Positions 12,397 to 26,690 of a stretch of 28,151 nt of DNA are shown in pieces (position 1 is the first letter of the stretch; each line of letters opens with the position of its first letter). Below the pieces are notes generated by a model. It did no database searches. It was not told where the DNA came from and was given only the letters and a program-made list of their open reading frames with translations. A program made the translations under genes and the position numbers. The DNA is from a virus (lineage: Duplodnaviria > Heunggongvirae > Uroviricota > Caudoviricetes): the IMG/VR virus record IMGVR_UViG_2563366928_000002. One strand, 5' to 3'.

Positions 12397-12792
12397 TTAT
12401 TGCATTCTGGCCAGGCCGCGCTCTGTCATTTCAGCTGCCACACCGGCAGAGACACGGAACGCCGTTCCCGGCAGCACAAATGCCACAGCCTCATCCCGCG
12501 TGGCGTGAAGTGCATCAGTATGCAGCGTCACCAGTGCCACAACCGTGACCAGATCAGCCGTATCAGTCACGGTATCCGGCTGCGCTGATACAACCTCATT
12601 TTCATGTCCGGTCAGCACATTTTCCGGGCTGAGAGGGGTATCCTGACCGGCAGTGTCGCCCGTGTCATCAAGCTCCTCTTCCAGCTCTGCCACACGGAGC
12701 GCCAGTTCTTCTTTCGTCCCCGTCAGGCTGACATCACGGTTCAGTTGTTCACCCAGCGAGCGGAGACGGGCAATCAGTTCATCTTTCGTCAT
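12397..12792 (-). CDS. FI: DNA packaging protein FI
   Basis: Matches recalled lambda gpFI from MTKDELIARLRSLGEQ (132 aa); track ORF extends upstream to 12831. Confidence 0.85.
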   Translation of the reverse strand: MTKDELIARLRSLGEQLNRDVSLTGTKEELALRVAELEEELDDTGDTAGQDTPLSPENVLTGHENEVVSAQPDTVTDTADLVTVVALVTLHTDALHATRDEAVAFVLPGTAFRVSAGVAAEMTERGLARMQ

Positions 12793-12833
12793 GGACTTCT
12801 CCACAGAGAGACAATGGCCCCGAAGGGCCATGA

Positions 12834-13859
12834 TTACGCCAGTTGTACGGACACGAACTCATCAGGGTCAGCCAGCAGCATCAGCGGTGCTGACTGAATC
12901 ATGGTGAACTCACGTGCCGGATCGCCGGTGGTCACCCAGTTTTTCGGGTAACGGGCAGAGGCGTTAATGCCTTCGCGCTGTGCGTCCGCATCCTGAATAC
13001 AACCATAGGTGCGCAGACCGCGTGCCTGAGTGTTCCCCAGCACCATCGTGTTGTCCGGCAGGAAGTTCTTTTTGACGCCGTTTTCCACGTACTGTCCGGA
13101 ATACACGACGATGGCAACATCGCCATACATACCCTTATAGGACACCGCTTTACCCAGGTCTTTTACCGCTGTCTCCAGCTCGGAATGAGAGCCACGACGG
13201 GTATCCAGCTTCTCCCTGACGGCTTTGAAGGAACGGAACAGCGCCCAGCCTTTCGGATCAAACACGATGATATTCACCACACCGCTGGCGTTCAGCGCGT
13301 AGGCTTCGATATCGTCGGTCGGGTCATACGTGGACTTGTCACGCTTGCTCCACTCCGTGCCGCCGGACTGCGTGATGTTATTCGCCGCACTGCGGCCCAT
13401 ATCCACCTCAACCGGATCGAAGGCTTCACCGGTCATGGTGTATTTGCCCTTAAGCACGGCAGAAACGGCCTGCATCTCTTCGACCTGAGCAATGGCCAGC
13501 TCTTCGTCACGCATGTTCTGCATGATGATGCGACGGCGGCGGTAAGCCGGGTCCGCCAGATTCTGCGGATCTTCATCCGGCAGGCGACGCAGGGTCATCT
13601 GCGGATTCACCTCATGCTTCGGCTTGACATATCCCGGCGTAAATTCAGAGGTGGAGCCGCCACGGGAACGGATAACCTCACCGGAAACAATCGGCGAAAC
13701 GTACAGCGCCATGTTTACCAGTCCCGGAATTTGTGAGAGATAGACTTTCTCCGTGGTGAAGGGATAGCTCTCACGGAAAAAGAGACGCAGAAACAGCGGA
13801 TCAAACTTAAATTTCTGCTCATTTGCCGCCAGCAGCTGGGCGGTTGTGTACATCGACAT
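12834..13859 (-). CDS. E: major capsid protein E
   Basis: MSMYTTAQLLAANEQKFKFDPLFLRLFFRESYPF... near-identical to recalled lambda gpE (341 aa); track ORF extends upstream to 13886. Confidence 0.95.
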   Translation of the reverse strand: MSMYTTAQLLAANEQKFKFDPLFLRLFFRESYPFTTEKVYLSQIPGLVNMALYVSPIVSGEVIRSRGGSTSEFTPGYVKPKHEVNPQMTLRRLPDEDPQNLADPAYRRRRIIMQNMRDEELAIAQVEEMQAVSAVLKGKYTMTGEAFDPVEVDMGRSAANNITQSGGTEWSKRDKSTYDPTDDIEAYALNASGVVNIIVFDPKGWALFRSFKAVREKLDTRRGSHSELETAVKDLGKAVSYKGMYGDVAIVVYSGQYVENGVKKNFLPDNTMVLGNTQARGLRTYGCIQDADAQREGINASARYPKNWVTTGDPAREFTMIQSAPLMLLADPDEFVSVQLA

Positions 13860-13914
13860 AAAAAAATCCCGTAAAAAAAGCCGCACAGGCGGCCTTTAGT
13901 GATGAAGGGTCAGG

Positions 13915-14247
13915 TTAAACGATGCTGATTGCCGTTCCGGCAAACGCGGTCCGTTTTTTCGTCTCGTCGCTGGCAGCCTCCGGCCAGAGCACATCCTCAT
14001 AACGGAACGTGCCGGACTTGTAGAACGTCAGCGTGGTGCTGGTCTGGTCAGCTGCAACAGCCAGAATGCCAACGGCAGCACCGTCGGTGGTGCCATCCCA
14101 CGCAACCAGCTTACGGGTGGCGGTGTCAAGCATCAGCGGAGTCATTGCAGGCGCTTTCGCACTCAATCCGCCGGGCGCGGTTGCGGTATGAGCCGGGTCA
14201 CTGTTGCCCAGCGGCTGGTAATGGGTAAAGGTTTCTTTGCTCGTCAT
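13915..14247 (-). CDS. D: capsid decoration protein D
   Basis: [41 protein letters not shown]... matches lambda gpD (110 aa). Confidence 0.95.
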   Translation of the reverse strand: MTSKETFTHYQPLGNSDPAHTATAPGGLSAKAPAMTPLMLDTATRKLVAWDGTTDGAAVGILAVAADQTSTTLTFYKSGTFRYEDVLWPEAASDETKKRTAFAGTAISIV

Positions 14248-14256
14248 AAACATCCC

Positions 14257-15556
14257 TTACACTGGTGTGTTCAGCAAATCGTTAACGGCATCAGATGCCG
14301 GGTTACCTGCAGCCAGTGGTGCCGGTGCACCCTGCATCAGACGATCCAGCGCAGTGTCACTGCGCGCCTGTGCACTCTGTGGTGCTGCGGCCAGAATGCG
14401 GCGGGCCGTTTCCACGGTCATTCCGGGGGTTTCTGCCAGCACGCGCGCCTGTTCTTCGCGTCCGTGAGCCTCCTCACAGTTGAGGATCCCCATAATGCGG
14501 CTGTTTTCTGCCGCAACCGCTGCGGTGATCTGCGCGTTCACGTCCGGCTGCGCCGCGCTGGCGTTTTCGCCCTCCGTCGCTTGCACCACGTCAGTAACGT
14601 CAGCCTGCGAAGCGGTGGCTGAAACAGTTGTTGATTGAGTCTCTTTGGTCATTCGCCCTCCTGAGAGACGGGATTTACGTGCATCCAGTGCATCACGCAT
14701 GACGGTGATCGCATCGGTGCTGTTAACAAGTTCATCAGCCAGTCCGGCATCAATGGCCTCCTGACCGCTGTACACTGCAGCCTCGGTATCCAGCACAGCC
14801 TGCACGGACAGGCCGGTATATGCCGACACCTTCTGCGCAAACATCTGGCGGGTTGCATCCATCCGGGACTGCAGTGTCTCCCGGACGTCATCCGGAAGAT
14901 GGCTGTAGGGGTTGCCATCCACCTTATGGCTGCCGCTGTAAATCAGCGTGATTTCCACGCCCTGTTTCTCCAGCGCAGCACCGTAATTACTGTGAGCCAT
15001 CATGACGCCGATGGAGCCTGTCCGGGCGGTCTGCGTGACCAGACGCCGGGAGGCGGCGCTGGCAAGCAGCTGACCTGCACTGCAGTTCATGTCGTTGGCC
15101 AGCGCCCATACCGGTTTTATGTCACGCACACGGGCGATGATGTCAGCGCAGTCAAATGTCCCTGCCACCATTCCGCCGGGCGTGTCCATATCGAGCAGAA
15201 TGCCGTCCACCATCGGGTCACTGGCAGCCTGTTGCAGACGGGCGATAATGCCGTTGTAACCGGTCATCCCCGAATAAGGCTGCAGCGCCCGCGTCCGGCT
15301 GACCAGCGTACCGGACACCGGCAGCACGGCGATGCCGTTCATGACCTGATAACTGCGGGCCTGTCGTGGTCCGTCACCATCACCGACTAACGCCAGCGTC
15401 GCGGGTGCCTCTCCGGCAGTCAGGCTGTCGCCGGACACCGCATCCGTCAGGCGGCTGATCCCAAGCTGGCCTGCAAGCGCACAAAAGAAAACCCGCGCAT
15501 AGGCGGGTTCAAGCATCAGCGGCTCATTAAAGGCCATGCTGGCAATATGCGGGAGA

Positions 15557-15576
<20 letters not shown>
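14257..15576 (-). CDS. C: head maturation protease / minor capsid protein C, with scaffold Nu3 nested in frame at its 3' end
   Basis: GTG start preceded by AGGAGG; MTAELRNLPHIASMAFNEPLML matches lambda gpC; 439 codons; track ORF extends upstream to 15711. Confidence 0.9.
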
Positions 15577-19257
<3,681 letters not shown>

Positions 19258-19283
<26 letters not shown>

Positions 19284-19803
19284 TCAGCAACCCCGGTATC
19301 AGTTCATCCAGCGCGGCTGCTTTGTTCATGGCTTTGATGATATCCCGTTTCAGGAAATCAACATGTCGGTTTTCCAGTTCCGGAAAACGCCGCTGCACCG
19401 ACAGGGGGATCCCGTCGAGAATACTGGCAATTTCACCTGCGATCCGCGACAACACGAAAGTACAGAATGCGGTTTCCACCACTTCAGCGGAGTCTCTGGC
19501 ATTCTTCAGTTCCTGTGCGTCGGCCTGCGCACGCGTAAGTCGGTGGCGTTCGTACTCAATAGTCCCTGGCTGGAGATCTGCCTCGCTGGCCTGCCGCAGT
19601 TCTTCAACCTCCCGGCGCAGCTTTTCGTTCTCAATTTCAGCATCCCTTTCGGCATACCATTTTATGACGGCGGCAGAGTCATAAAGCACCTCATTACCCT
19701 TGCCACCGCCTCGCAGAACGGGCATTCCCTGTTCCTGCCAGTTCTGAATGGTACGGATACTCGCACCGAAAATGTCAGCCAGCTGCTTTTTGTTGACTTC
19801 CAT
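19258..19803 (-). CDS. Nu1: terminase small subunit Nu1
   Basis: 181 aa; MEVNKKQLADIFGASIRTIQNWQEQGMPV... matches lambda Nu1. Confidence 0.95.
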
Positions 19804-19980
19804 TGCTCATTCCACGGACAAAAACAGAGAAAGGAAACGACAGAGGCCAAAAAGCTCGCTTTCAGCACCTGTCGTTTCCTTTCTTTTCAGGGGGTATTTT
19901 AAATAAAAACATTAAGTTACGACGAAGAAGAACGGAAACGCCTTAAACCGGAAAATTTTCATAAATAGCGAAAAACCGCG

Positions 19981-19992
19981 AGGTCGCCGCCC
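19981..19992 (-). promoter_or_regulatory. cos: cosN, the 12-nt cohesive-end site (lambda-type cos; cosB toward Nu1, cosQ on the other side)
   Basis: Plus-strand AGGTCGCCGCCC is the reverse complement of lambda left end GGGCGGCGACCT; flank CGTAACCTGTCGGATCACCGGAAAGGACCCGT is the reverse complement of the lambda right end. Confidence 0.9.
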
Positions 19993-20191
19993 CGTAACCT
20001 GTCGGATCACCGGAAAGGACCCGTAAAGTGATAATGATTATCATCTACATATCACAACGTGCGTGGAGGCCATCAAACCACGTCAAATAATCAATTATGA
20101 CGCAGGTATCGTATTAATTGATCTGCATCAACTTAACGTAAAAACAACTTCAGACAATACAAATCAGCGACACTGAATACGGGGCAACCTC

Positions 20192-20425
20192 ATGTCAACG
20201 AAGAACAGAACCCGCAGAACAACAACCCGCAACATCCGCTTTCCTAACCAAATGATTGAACAAATTAACATCGCTCTTGAGCAAAAAGGGTCCGGGAATT
20301 TCTCAGCCTGGGTCATTGAAGCCTGCCGCCGGAGACTGTGCTCAGAAAAAAGAGTTTCTTCTGAAGCAAACAAAGAAAAGAGTGATATTACTGAATTGCT
20401 CAGAAAACAGGTCAGACCAGATTGA
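20192..20425 (+). CDS. ynfO: YnfO-like small protein with predicted ribbon-helix-helix N-terminus
   Basis: 77 aa; basic N-terminus then RNIRFPNQMIEQINIALEQ (beta-strand plus helix typical of RHH folds); located next to cos/Nu1 as ynfO is next to nohA in Qin. Confidence 0.6.
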   Translation: MSTKNRTRRTTTRNIRFPNQMIEQINIALEQKGSGNFSAWVIEACRRRLCSEKRVSSEANKEKSDITELLRKQVRPD

Positions 20426-20482
20426 AGCAATTTAGATAATCGTGCAGACTACGCCCCCTCATATCACATGGAAGGTTTATCT

Positions 20483-20893
20483 ATGGATCAGGTAGTCATT
20501 TTTAAACAAATATTTGATAAAGTTCGAAACGATTTAAACTATCAATGGTTTTATTCTGAGCTAAAACGTCACAATGTCTCACATTACATTTACTATTTAG
20601 CCACAGAGAATGTTCATATTGTATTAAAAAATGATAATACAGTGTTATTAAAGGGCCTAAAAAACATTGTGTCTGTCAAATTTTCAAAGGATAGGCATCT
20701 TATAGAAACGACCTCTAATAAGCTGAAATCCAGAGAGATCACATTTCAGGAATACAGAAGAAACCTTGCTAAAGCAGGAGTTTTTCGGTGGGTTACAAAT
20801 ATCCACGAACAAAAAAGATATTACTATACCTCTGATAATTCATTACTATTTACTGAAAGCATCCAGAAAACTACACAGATCTTACCACTCTAA
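20483..20893 (+). CDS. ydfO: YdfO/YbcV-like DUF1398 protein
   Basis: Track ORF 20468..20893; ATG at 20483 has GGAAGG about 7 nt upstream, giving 136 aa; immediately downstream of the ynfO-like gene. Confidence 0.6.
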   Translation: MDQVVIFKQIFDKVRNDLNYQWFYSELKRHNVSHYIYYLATENVHIVLKNDNTVLLKGLKNIVSVKFSKDRHLIETTSNKLKSREITFQEYRRNLAKAGVFRWVTNIHEQKRYYYTSDNSLLFTESIQKTTQILPL

Positions 20894-21044
20894 ACCATAA
20901 CGTCCGGCTTCTCTCACTCCTGAGCCGGACTGCATTGGTTTAATAAAAACCATCAACAATTGTGATTTAGATATTCGGAACCATTCAAATATAACAAAAC
21001 CCCGTAAAAACGAGGTTTATGGATAAATTTTATTATTGAATACA

Positions 21045-21218
21045 TCAGATTAAATTAATCTTGACATCATAGCTTTCAAGACCCGTCATTTTTTCCCGTG
21101 CGGTAAACTGAATACTGGTAACTTCTTTCCCGGTCTTTTTCTTAAGTTCAATAATTTTTTTTGTTATATATTCAGAAATATCTGCTTCTGCTTTTGTTTT
21201 TAAGTTTTCAATATTCAT
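21045..21218 (-). CDS. gnsB: GnsB-family small protein (57 aa)
   Basis: Hand translation MNIENLKTKAEADISEYITKKIIELKKKTGKEVTSIQFTAREKMTGLESYDVKINLI, codons checked against coordinates; below the ORF-track size cutoff. Confidence 0.7.
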   Translation of the reverse strand: MNIENLKTKAEADISEYITKKIIELKKKTGKEVTSIQFTAREKMTGLESYDVKINLI

Positions 21219-21389
21219 CATTTCCTCTTTTAGTCTGTTATGACTTTCCAGTTACACAGTAAGTCGATTATATGGTGCAAACGTGTAAAAGATAAGATGA
21301 AACATCGCAATAATCAACATACGATAGTCTAAATTTTACACAAACAGACAAAGAGAATTTTCCTGAATTATCAATGCAATAGCATCAAA

Positions 21390-21581
21390 TCAACTCAAGA
21401 GCCTTATTGCTGCTTCCAGAATTTCTTCTGAAGTAACATGTCGATCCGCGGCTACATAAATGACTTTATGATCTCCGGTCAGAGATGGAAACCCTGCGGC
21501 CATTACAGTAAGGTGTGTTTTTTCGCCATTTGGATATTCACGCATGATGGTGTTAACTCCAGTCATCGCTGGCACTACCAC
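21390..21581 (-). CDS. ynfN: YnfN-like small protein (start may be the internal MREYPNG at 21545)
   Basis: Track ORF of 63 aa; C-terminal 51 aa MREYPNGEKTHLTVMAAGFPSLTGDHKVIYVAADRHVTSEEILEAAIRLLS. Confidence 0.55.
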   Translation of the reverse strand: MVVPAMTGVNTIMREYPNGEKTHLTVMAAGFPSLTGDHKVIYVAADRHVTSEEILEAAIRLLS

Positions 21582-21663
21582 TGCTGGTTCAGAGTTAAAA
21601 AAACTATGATTTTTTTCATGATGTTACCGTAGTATGTGAGTATCCATCGAATAGACACCAAGC

Positions 21664-21683
21664 AAAAAAGCTCCCGAAGGAGC
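21664..21683 (-). terminator. rho-independent terminator downstream of cspI
   Basis: GCTCC-CGAA-GGAGC hairpin followed on the minus strand by TTTTTTGCTTGG. Confidence 0.55.
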
Positions 21684-21890
21684 CTTCATTTTCACTTTTT
21701 TAAATCCAACGACAGACGGCTGGCATTTAAGTATTGTGAAATATTATCAAATGTAATCATCATTGATTTACAAAAGATACATTTTGCCCCGAAAGGATTC
21801 ATGTCAGAAACATCAAAAGATGATGTTCTATACTGGGAACCATGACAACACGGGCATCTAAAGTGAATATGGTTTGTAATATTGTCTACC

Positions 21891-22103
21891 TCAAAGCGCC
21901 ACTACATGAACAGCGGCAGGACCTTTAGGTCCGTTCTCAATACCAAATTCAACTTCCTGATTCTCAGTTAATGTTTTGAAATCGTTGCTCTGAATTGCTG
22001 AGAAATGGACAAACACATCTTTGCTGCCATCTTTCGGCGTGATGAAACCAAAACCTTTTTCAGGGTTAAACCATTTCACTAAACCAGTCATTTTGTTAGA
22101 CAT
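21891..22103 (-). CDS. cspI: cold shock protein CspI (CspA family)
   Basis: 70 aa; [38 protein letters not shown] with RNP1/RNP2 motifs. Confidence 0.9.
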   Translation of the reverse strand: MSNKMTGLVKWFNPEKGFGFITPKDGSKDVFVHFSAIQSNDFKTLTENQEVEFGIENGPKGPAAVHVVAL

Positions 22104-22465
22104 AATTATTACCTTTTGAAGAAATTAGCCCTTGGGCAGAATGGTCCGAAAAAAAATATCAGAGAGAAAAACCAACAAGGAAATCTCAAGAGGTACAAAT
22201 AATAAAATTATAACAATGACTGCTTCAGATAAATTTGTAACAAACCAGAACACCATTAACGCATGATTAACCACCCATAGCAAGGATTACTTTTGTAAAG
22301 AAAAACACAGCAATGAAAGAATAGCTTTATTTATTAATAAAACGTGTCATTCTGATTAAGACCTTTTATCTTACCCTTAAGATTTCAGGAATTTTGGCTC
22401 ATGGAAGAGTCCTTTTTATTTAAATTTTACATTCCGCGATGTAAATGTTCCGATTTAATATTACC

Positions 22466-23489
<1,024 letters not shown>

Positions 23490-23493
<4 letters not shown>

Positions 23494-23801
23494 AGATATT
23501 TATGATGAGGACGCTCGTGCTTATTGGCAGGATTTTCAATCTTAAAGGAGTACTGATGCTGCAGATAAGACTCAACTTTTTCTGACAATTTTTCTGCTAC
23601 TTCCAGGAAGACTTGCCGGACGCTCCTTCTGGCTGCTGCCTCATAAAACTCCAGCGCAGCTCCTTCAACACGGTCCATGGCGACATCCAGGTCAAAAATT
23701 TCACCGTCAAAGCGTTCTTTGTCCTGTAAGGCTACAGTTACCGTAACTTTATTCTCAAAATTACGGACTCCTTTCACAACCAGTTCATAGTCTTGAGTCA
23801 T
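23490..23801 (-). CDS. ydfR: YdfR-like DUF1327 protein located between holin and endolysin
   Basis: 103 aa; same size and position as ydfR in the Qin lysis cassette. Confidence 0.6.
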
Positions 23802-23805
23802 TGGA

Positions 23806-24021
23806 TTACTCTCCTCTCGCAGCCTTACGCCTGTCTTCTTTAATCTTGAAATAAAGATTTGTCAGATACGTCAGCAGGCCAAAAACCAGGCTACCCAGCA
23901 CACCGATTGCAGCCCACTGTGACGGAGTTACTTTATCGAGTAACTGCAATGCCCAGAAACCAGCATTACCCGCCGATGTGCCATAGGCAACACCTGTTGT
24001 TAACTTATCCATTGATTTCAT
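23806..24021 (-). CDS. essQ: class II holin (S21/pinholin type) with dual-start motif MKSM
   Basis: [71 protein letters not shown], 71 aa, two TM segments; track ORF extends upstream to 24096. Confidence 0.85.
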   Translation of the reverse strand: MKSMDKLTTGVAYGTSAGNAGFWALQLLDKVTPSQWAAIGVLGSLVFGLLTYLTNLYFKIKEDRRKAARGE

Positions 24022-24240
24022 ATCCTCACCCCGATGTACACGGATGGTGCAATATGTTTGAAAAGCTCGGAGTCTACGGGGTAGTTTTGACAGCACACGT
24101 TGTTCTCAACGGCGCTAAAAAAACATACACATTAAAAATGTGGGTAATTATTTTGAAAGAAAGTCATATATAAAATAATAATACGAGAAATGTTTTCATA
24201 TTTAGTGTACTGTATACGGCCATTTATACAGGAAAAGCCT

Positions 24241-24411
24241 ATGTCAGAACGTAAAAACTCAAAATCACGCCGTAATTATCTCGTTAAATGTTCCTGCCCA
24301 AACTGCACCCAAGAGTCAGAACACAGTTTTTCAAGAGTACAAAAAGGTGCCCTTTTGATCTGCCCTCATTGCAACAAAGTATTCCAGACAAATCTTAAAG
24401 CTGTAGCCTGA
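24241..24411 (+). CDS. small zinc-ribbon protein (two CxxC pairs), YnfU-like
   Basis: 56 aa MSERKNSKSRRNYLVKCSCPNCTQESEHSFSRVQKGALLICPHCNKVFQTNLKAVA; CPNC ... CPHC; track ORF starts further upstream at 24190. Confidence 0.5.
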   Translation: MSERKNSKSRRNYLVKCSCPNCTQESEHSFSRVQKGALLICPHCNKVFQTNLKAVA

Positions 24412-24473
24412 TTGATTTTATTAGTAACAAGTATTTTTTATATTTTAATAATATATTTAAAGCAGATAATAAA

Positions 24474-24493
24474 AAACCCGCCTGAGCGGGTTT
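24474..24493 (-). terminator. rho-independent terminator (strong on minus strand, possibly bidirectional)
   Basis: AAACCCGC-CTGA-GCGGGTTT hairpin; minus-strand RNA has a UUUUUUAUUAU tail. Confidence 0.6.
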
Positions 24494-24774
24494 GAGATTG
24501 TGGTGCTTTTTGTGGGAGTCATCCACTTACGCACTTTGTTTTGCCATGCCAGCAGTTAGCTTCTGCTGTAAAACTATTCATGCAGCAAACCTGCACTTCA
24601 CCACAATGGTTAGCATACTTTTCCTGATTAAGATTTTGCCAAATATGCTAGCCATTGTTTCATGTATTGGACCTCCTTACTTTTTATTAAAGAGATCCAA
24701 TATTCACTACTCTGTCCGTATCTCTACTCAGGCATCAGCCTTCTTCGTTATCGTATACAGACGAGCGATGAATT

Positions 24775-24990
24775 TTAATCAGTAATGATGACATTTGCTG
24801 CTGCAGGACCTTTAGCACCACTCTCTATAGAGAAGGTAACCTTTTGACCTTCAAATAAGGTTCGATAATTATCATTCTGAATCGCAGAAAAATGCACAAA
24901 CACATCTTTACTACCATCAACAGGAGAAATAAAGCCGAAACCTTTGTCAGCGTTAAACCATTTTACTAAACCAGTCATTTTATTTGACAT
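24775..24990 (-). CDS. cspB: cold shock protein CspB (CspA family)
   Basis: 71 aa; [38 protein letters not shown]. Confidence 0.9.
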   Translation of the reverse strand: MSNKMTGLVKWFNADKGFGFISPVDGSKDVFVHFSAIQNDNYRTLFEGQKVTFSIESGAKGPAAANVIITD

Positions 24991-25290
24991 TCTACATTCC
25001 TTAACTTGAGCCTTTCGGCATAAATGGTTTGCATAACAGAAACGACTTCGTACTTAATTGGAGAGACTCAAAGAAGGAATAAGTGAATAACACCTGAAAT
25101 GAGAACTGCTTTAGTAAACTACTTCGTATATCGTCTGTTCTTCAAACCGACGCAATCATTAACGCATAGTTGAACATATGAAGCAATGTTTATTTTAGAC
25201 ATCCAGCCATCTTCAACCCCATCAAAAAACTATAGCTTTCTTCAGGAACGTGTGTATAGTGCGCCAAGTTATCAGTATTAAGGAATTTTT

Positions 25291-25503
25291 TTGTCCCGTA
25301 AAATGACAGGAATTGTCAAAACCTTTGACGGCAAAAGCGGCAAGGGTCTTATCACCCCATCCGATGGTCGTATCGATGTCCAGCTTCATGTTTCAGCGCT
25401 CAATCTCCGCGATGCAGAAGAAATTACCACCGGATTACGCGTGGAATTTTGCCGGATAAATGGTCTGCGTGGCCCTTCAGCTGCCAATGTTTACCTTTCA
25501 TGA
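25291..25503 (+). CDS. cspF: cold shock protein CspF (divergent CspA-family member)
   Basis: 70 aa; [41 protein letters not shown]; divergently arranged with cspB. Confidence 0.85.
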
Positions 25504-25557
25504 GCTATATTAAAGCTTTAATTTCAGGCCCCATCGGATCACACATGGAGAGTTTTT

Positions 25558-25647
25558 ATGAATAACCCCGTCTGTCTTGATGACTGGTTGATTGGCTTTA
25601 AAAGCTTATGCTGTACTTTGGCCGTAATAGCTCTGCTAATAATATAA
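25558..25647 (+). CDS. hypothetical 29-aa hydrophobic peptide ([29 protein letters not shown])
   Basis: ATG with GGAGAG 7 nt upstream; codons checked against coordinates; below the ORF-track cutoff. Confidence 0.2.
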
Positions 25648-25795
25648 TAAGCAGACTCATTGTGTTTAGGGACATTGTACTGGAAGAAAACATTTTAAAC
25701 ATCAGGCAAATAACCAAGTCACCAGCTAAATAATAAGTTAACAGACATGAGTCCCGGGATGAGATTCAACATTACCATTGCCCCATTTAAAGCAC

Positions 25796-25819
25796 AAAAC
25801 CCGCTCATCAGCGGGTTTT
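25796..25819 (+). terminator. hairpin terminator (plus-strand U-tract; also a candidate tR'-like structure for the minus-strand late leader)
   Basis: AAAACCCGC-TCATCA-GCGGGTTTT followed by CTACTTTTTCTT. Confidence 0.55.
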
Positions 25820-25864
25820 CTACTTTTTCTTAACGTCGGGTATACAAAGCCCATCGTTGAAAAA

Positions 25865-25893
25865 ATTTTATCCATATTTTTTGAAAAATGCAA
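25865..25893 (-). promoter_or_regulatory. candidate late promoter (pR'-like) immediately downstream of Q
   Basis: Minus strand TTGCAT - 17 nt - TAAAAT, about 30 nt after the Q stop and about 45 nt upstream of the hairpin at 25796..25819. Confidence 0.4.
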
Positions 25894-25924
25894 ACATCAT
25901 GTCGCCATCTTCAGCAAAAATCAT

Positions 25925-26677
25925 TTATCTCGTCACCTTCCTCAATTGCGCTTCCGCGTATGCTTCTTCCTGCCAGCACTTTGTTACCAGTTTACCAATG
26001 ACGTCCGCATACCCCTTATACCACTGATAATCGGTCAGGTCTGGTACCAGCTTCTGGACATGACGTCGTGCCAGCGTGGTCGGTAAACGACTAAACCGGT
26101 TTCCATTACAACGCCCACAAATCTTATATACCGGTACGCCATGAAACCGGGTTCTTTTTTCATCCAGAACAATCCCTTTACCCTTACACCCTCTGCACGC
26201 TGTGCTGGCTTCGCCCTTACCATGGCAATGCTGACATAGTTCCTTCACCCATTCTTCCTTGATTACAGATTCCCCGCGTCTGTAGTGTTTCACCACTTCG
26301 CGCAATACATTATAAAATCCCGTACCTGAACAATGCTCACAGCGAGCCTTACTTGCCGCAGACCTGGAGTAATCAGCAAAGGCAAAACTCACGAGGTAAG
26401 GAATAATCTGTAACCGGATTTCTTCACTCAATTTGTTCAATGTCGGGTTATCCAGTGCCATCGCGTAATTTAGCAGGCCTTCAATCGCAAACTGAGGGTC
26501 CTGAACACCAACTTTTGCCAGAAATAAGGCCAACCCAAGTGGTGCTTTCGACTGCACCATCCCCTGCGCTGCCATTACATCCGTAATTGTTAAACAACCG
26601 GTGCCTGTCGCTGGAGCGTCATCGCTCAATTTTGGAGATTTTGGGGAGTAATATTTTGGTAAGGCTTCAAGGTTCAT
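25925..26677 (-). CDS. quuQ: late gene antiterminator Q (Qin/82-type)
   Basis: Track ORF 25925..26707; ATG at 26677 has GTGGAGAA upstream, giving 250 aa; Cys/His-rich zinc-binding region CEHCSGTG ... CQHCHGKG ... CRGCKGKG ... CGRCNG. Confidence 0.8.
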   Translation of the reverse strand: MNLEALPKYYSPKSPKLSDDAPATGTGCLTITDVMAAQGMVQSKAPLGLALFLAKVGVQDPQFAIEGLLNYAMALDNPTLNKLSEEIRLQIIPYLVSFAFADYSRSAASKARCEHCSGTGFYNVLREVVKHYRRGESVIKEEWVKELCQHCHGKGEASTACRGCKGKGIVLDEKRTRFHGVPVYKICGRCNGNRFSRLPTTLARRHVQKLVPDLTDYQWYKGYADVIGKLVTKCWQEEAYAEAQLRKVTR

Positions 26678-26690
26678 GCTCGTTCTCCAC

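Noticed and set aside
22104-22465. 362-bp AT-rich intergenic region upstream of cspI checked for a tRNA gene or extra ORF
   Set aside because: No cloverleaf-compatible GC-rich stems or conserved tRNA boxes seen by eye and no ORF with SD; most simply the long csp 5' UTR and promoter region
24492-24785. 97-aa plus-strand ORF in the cspB 3' region and 69-aa plus-strand ORF at 21636..21845 in the cspI 3' region
   Set aside because: Both run through terminator hairpins of the opposite-strand csp genes, lack SD sequences and have odd composition; more likely noncoding 3' regions
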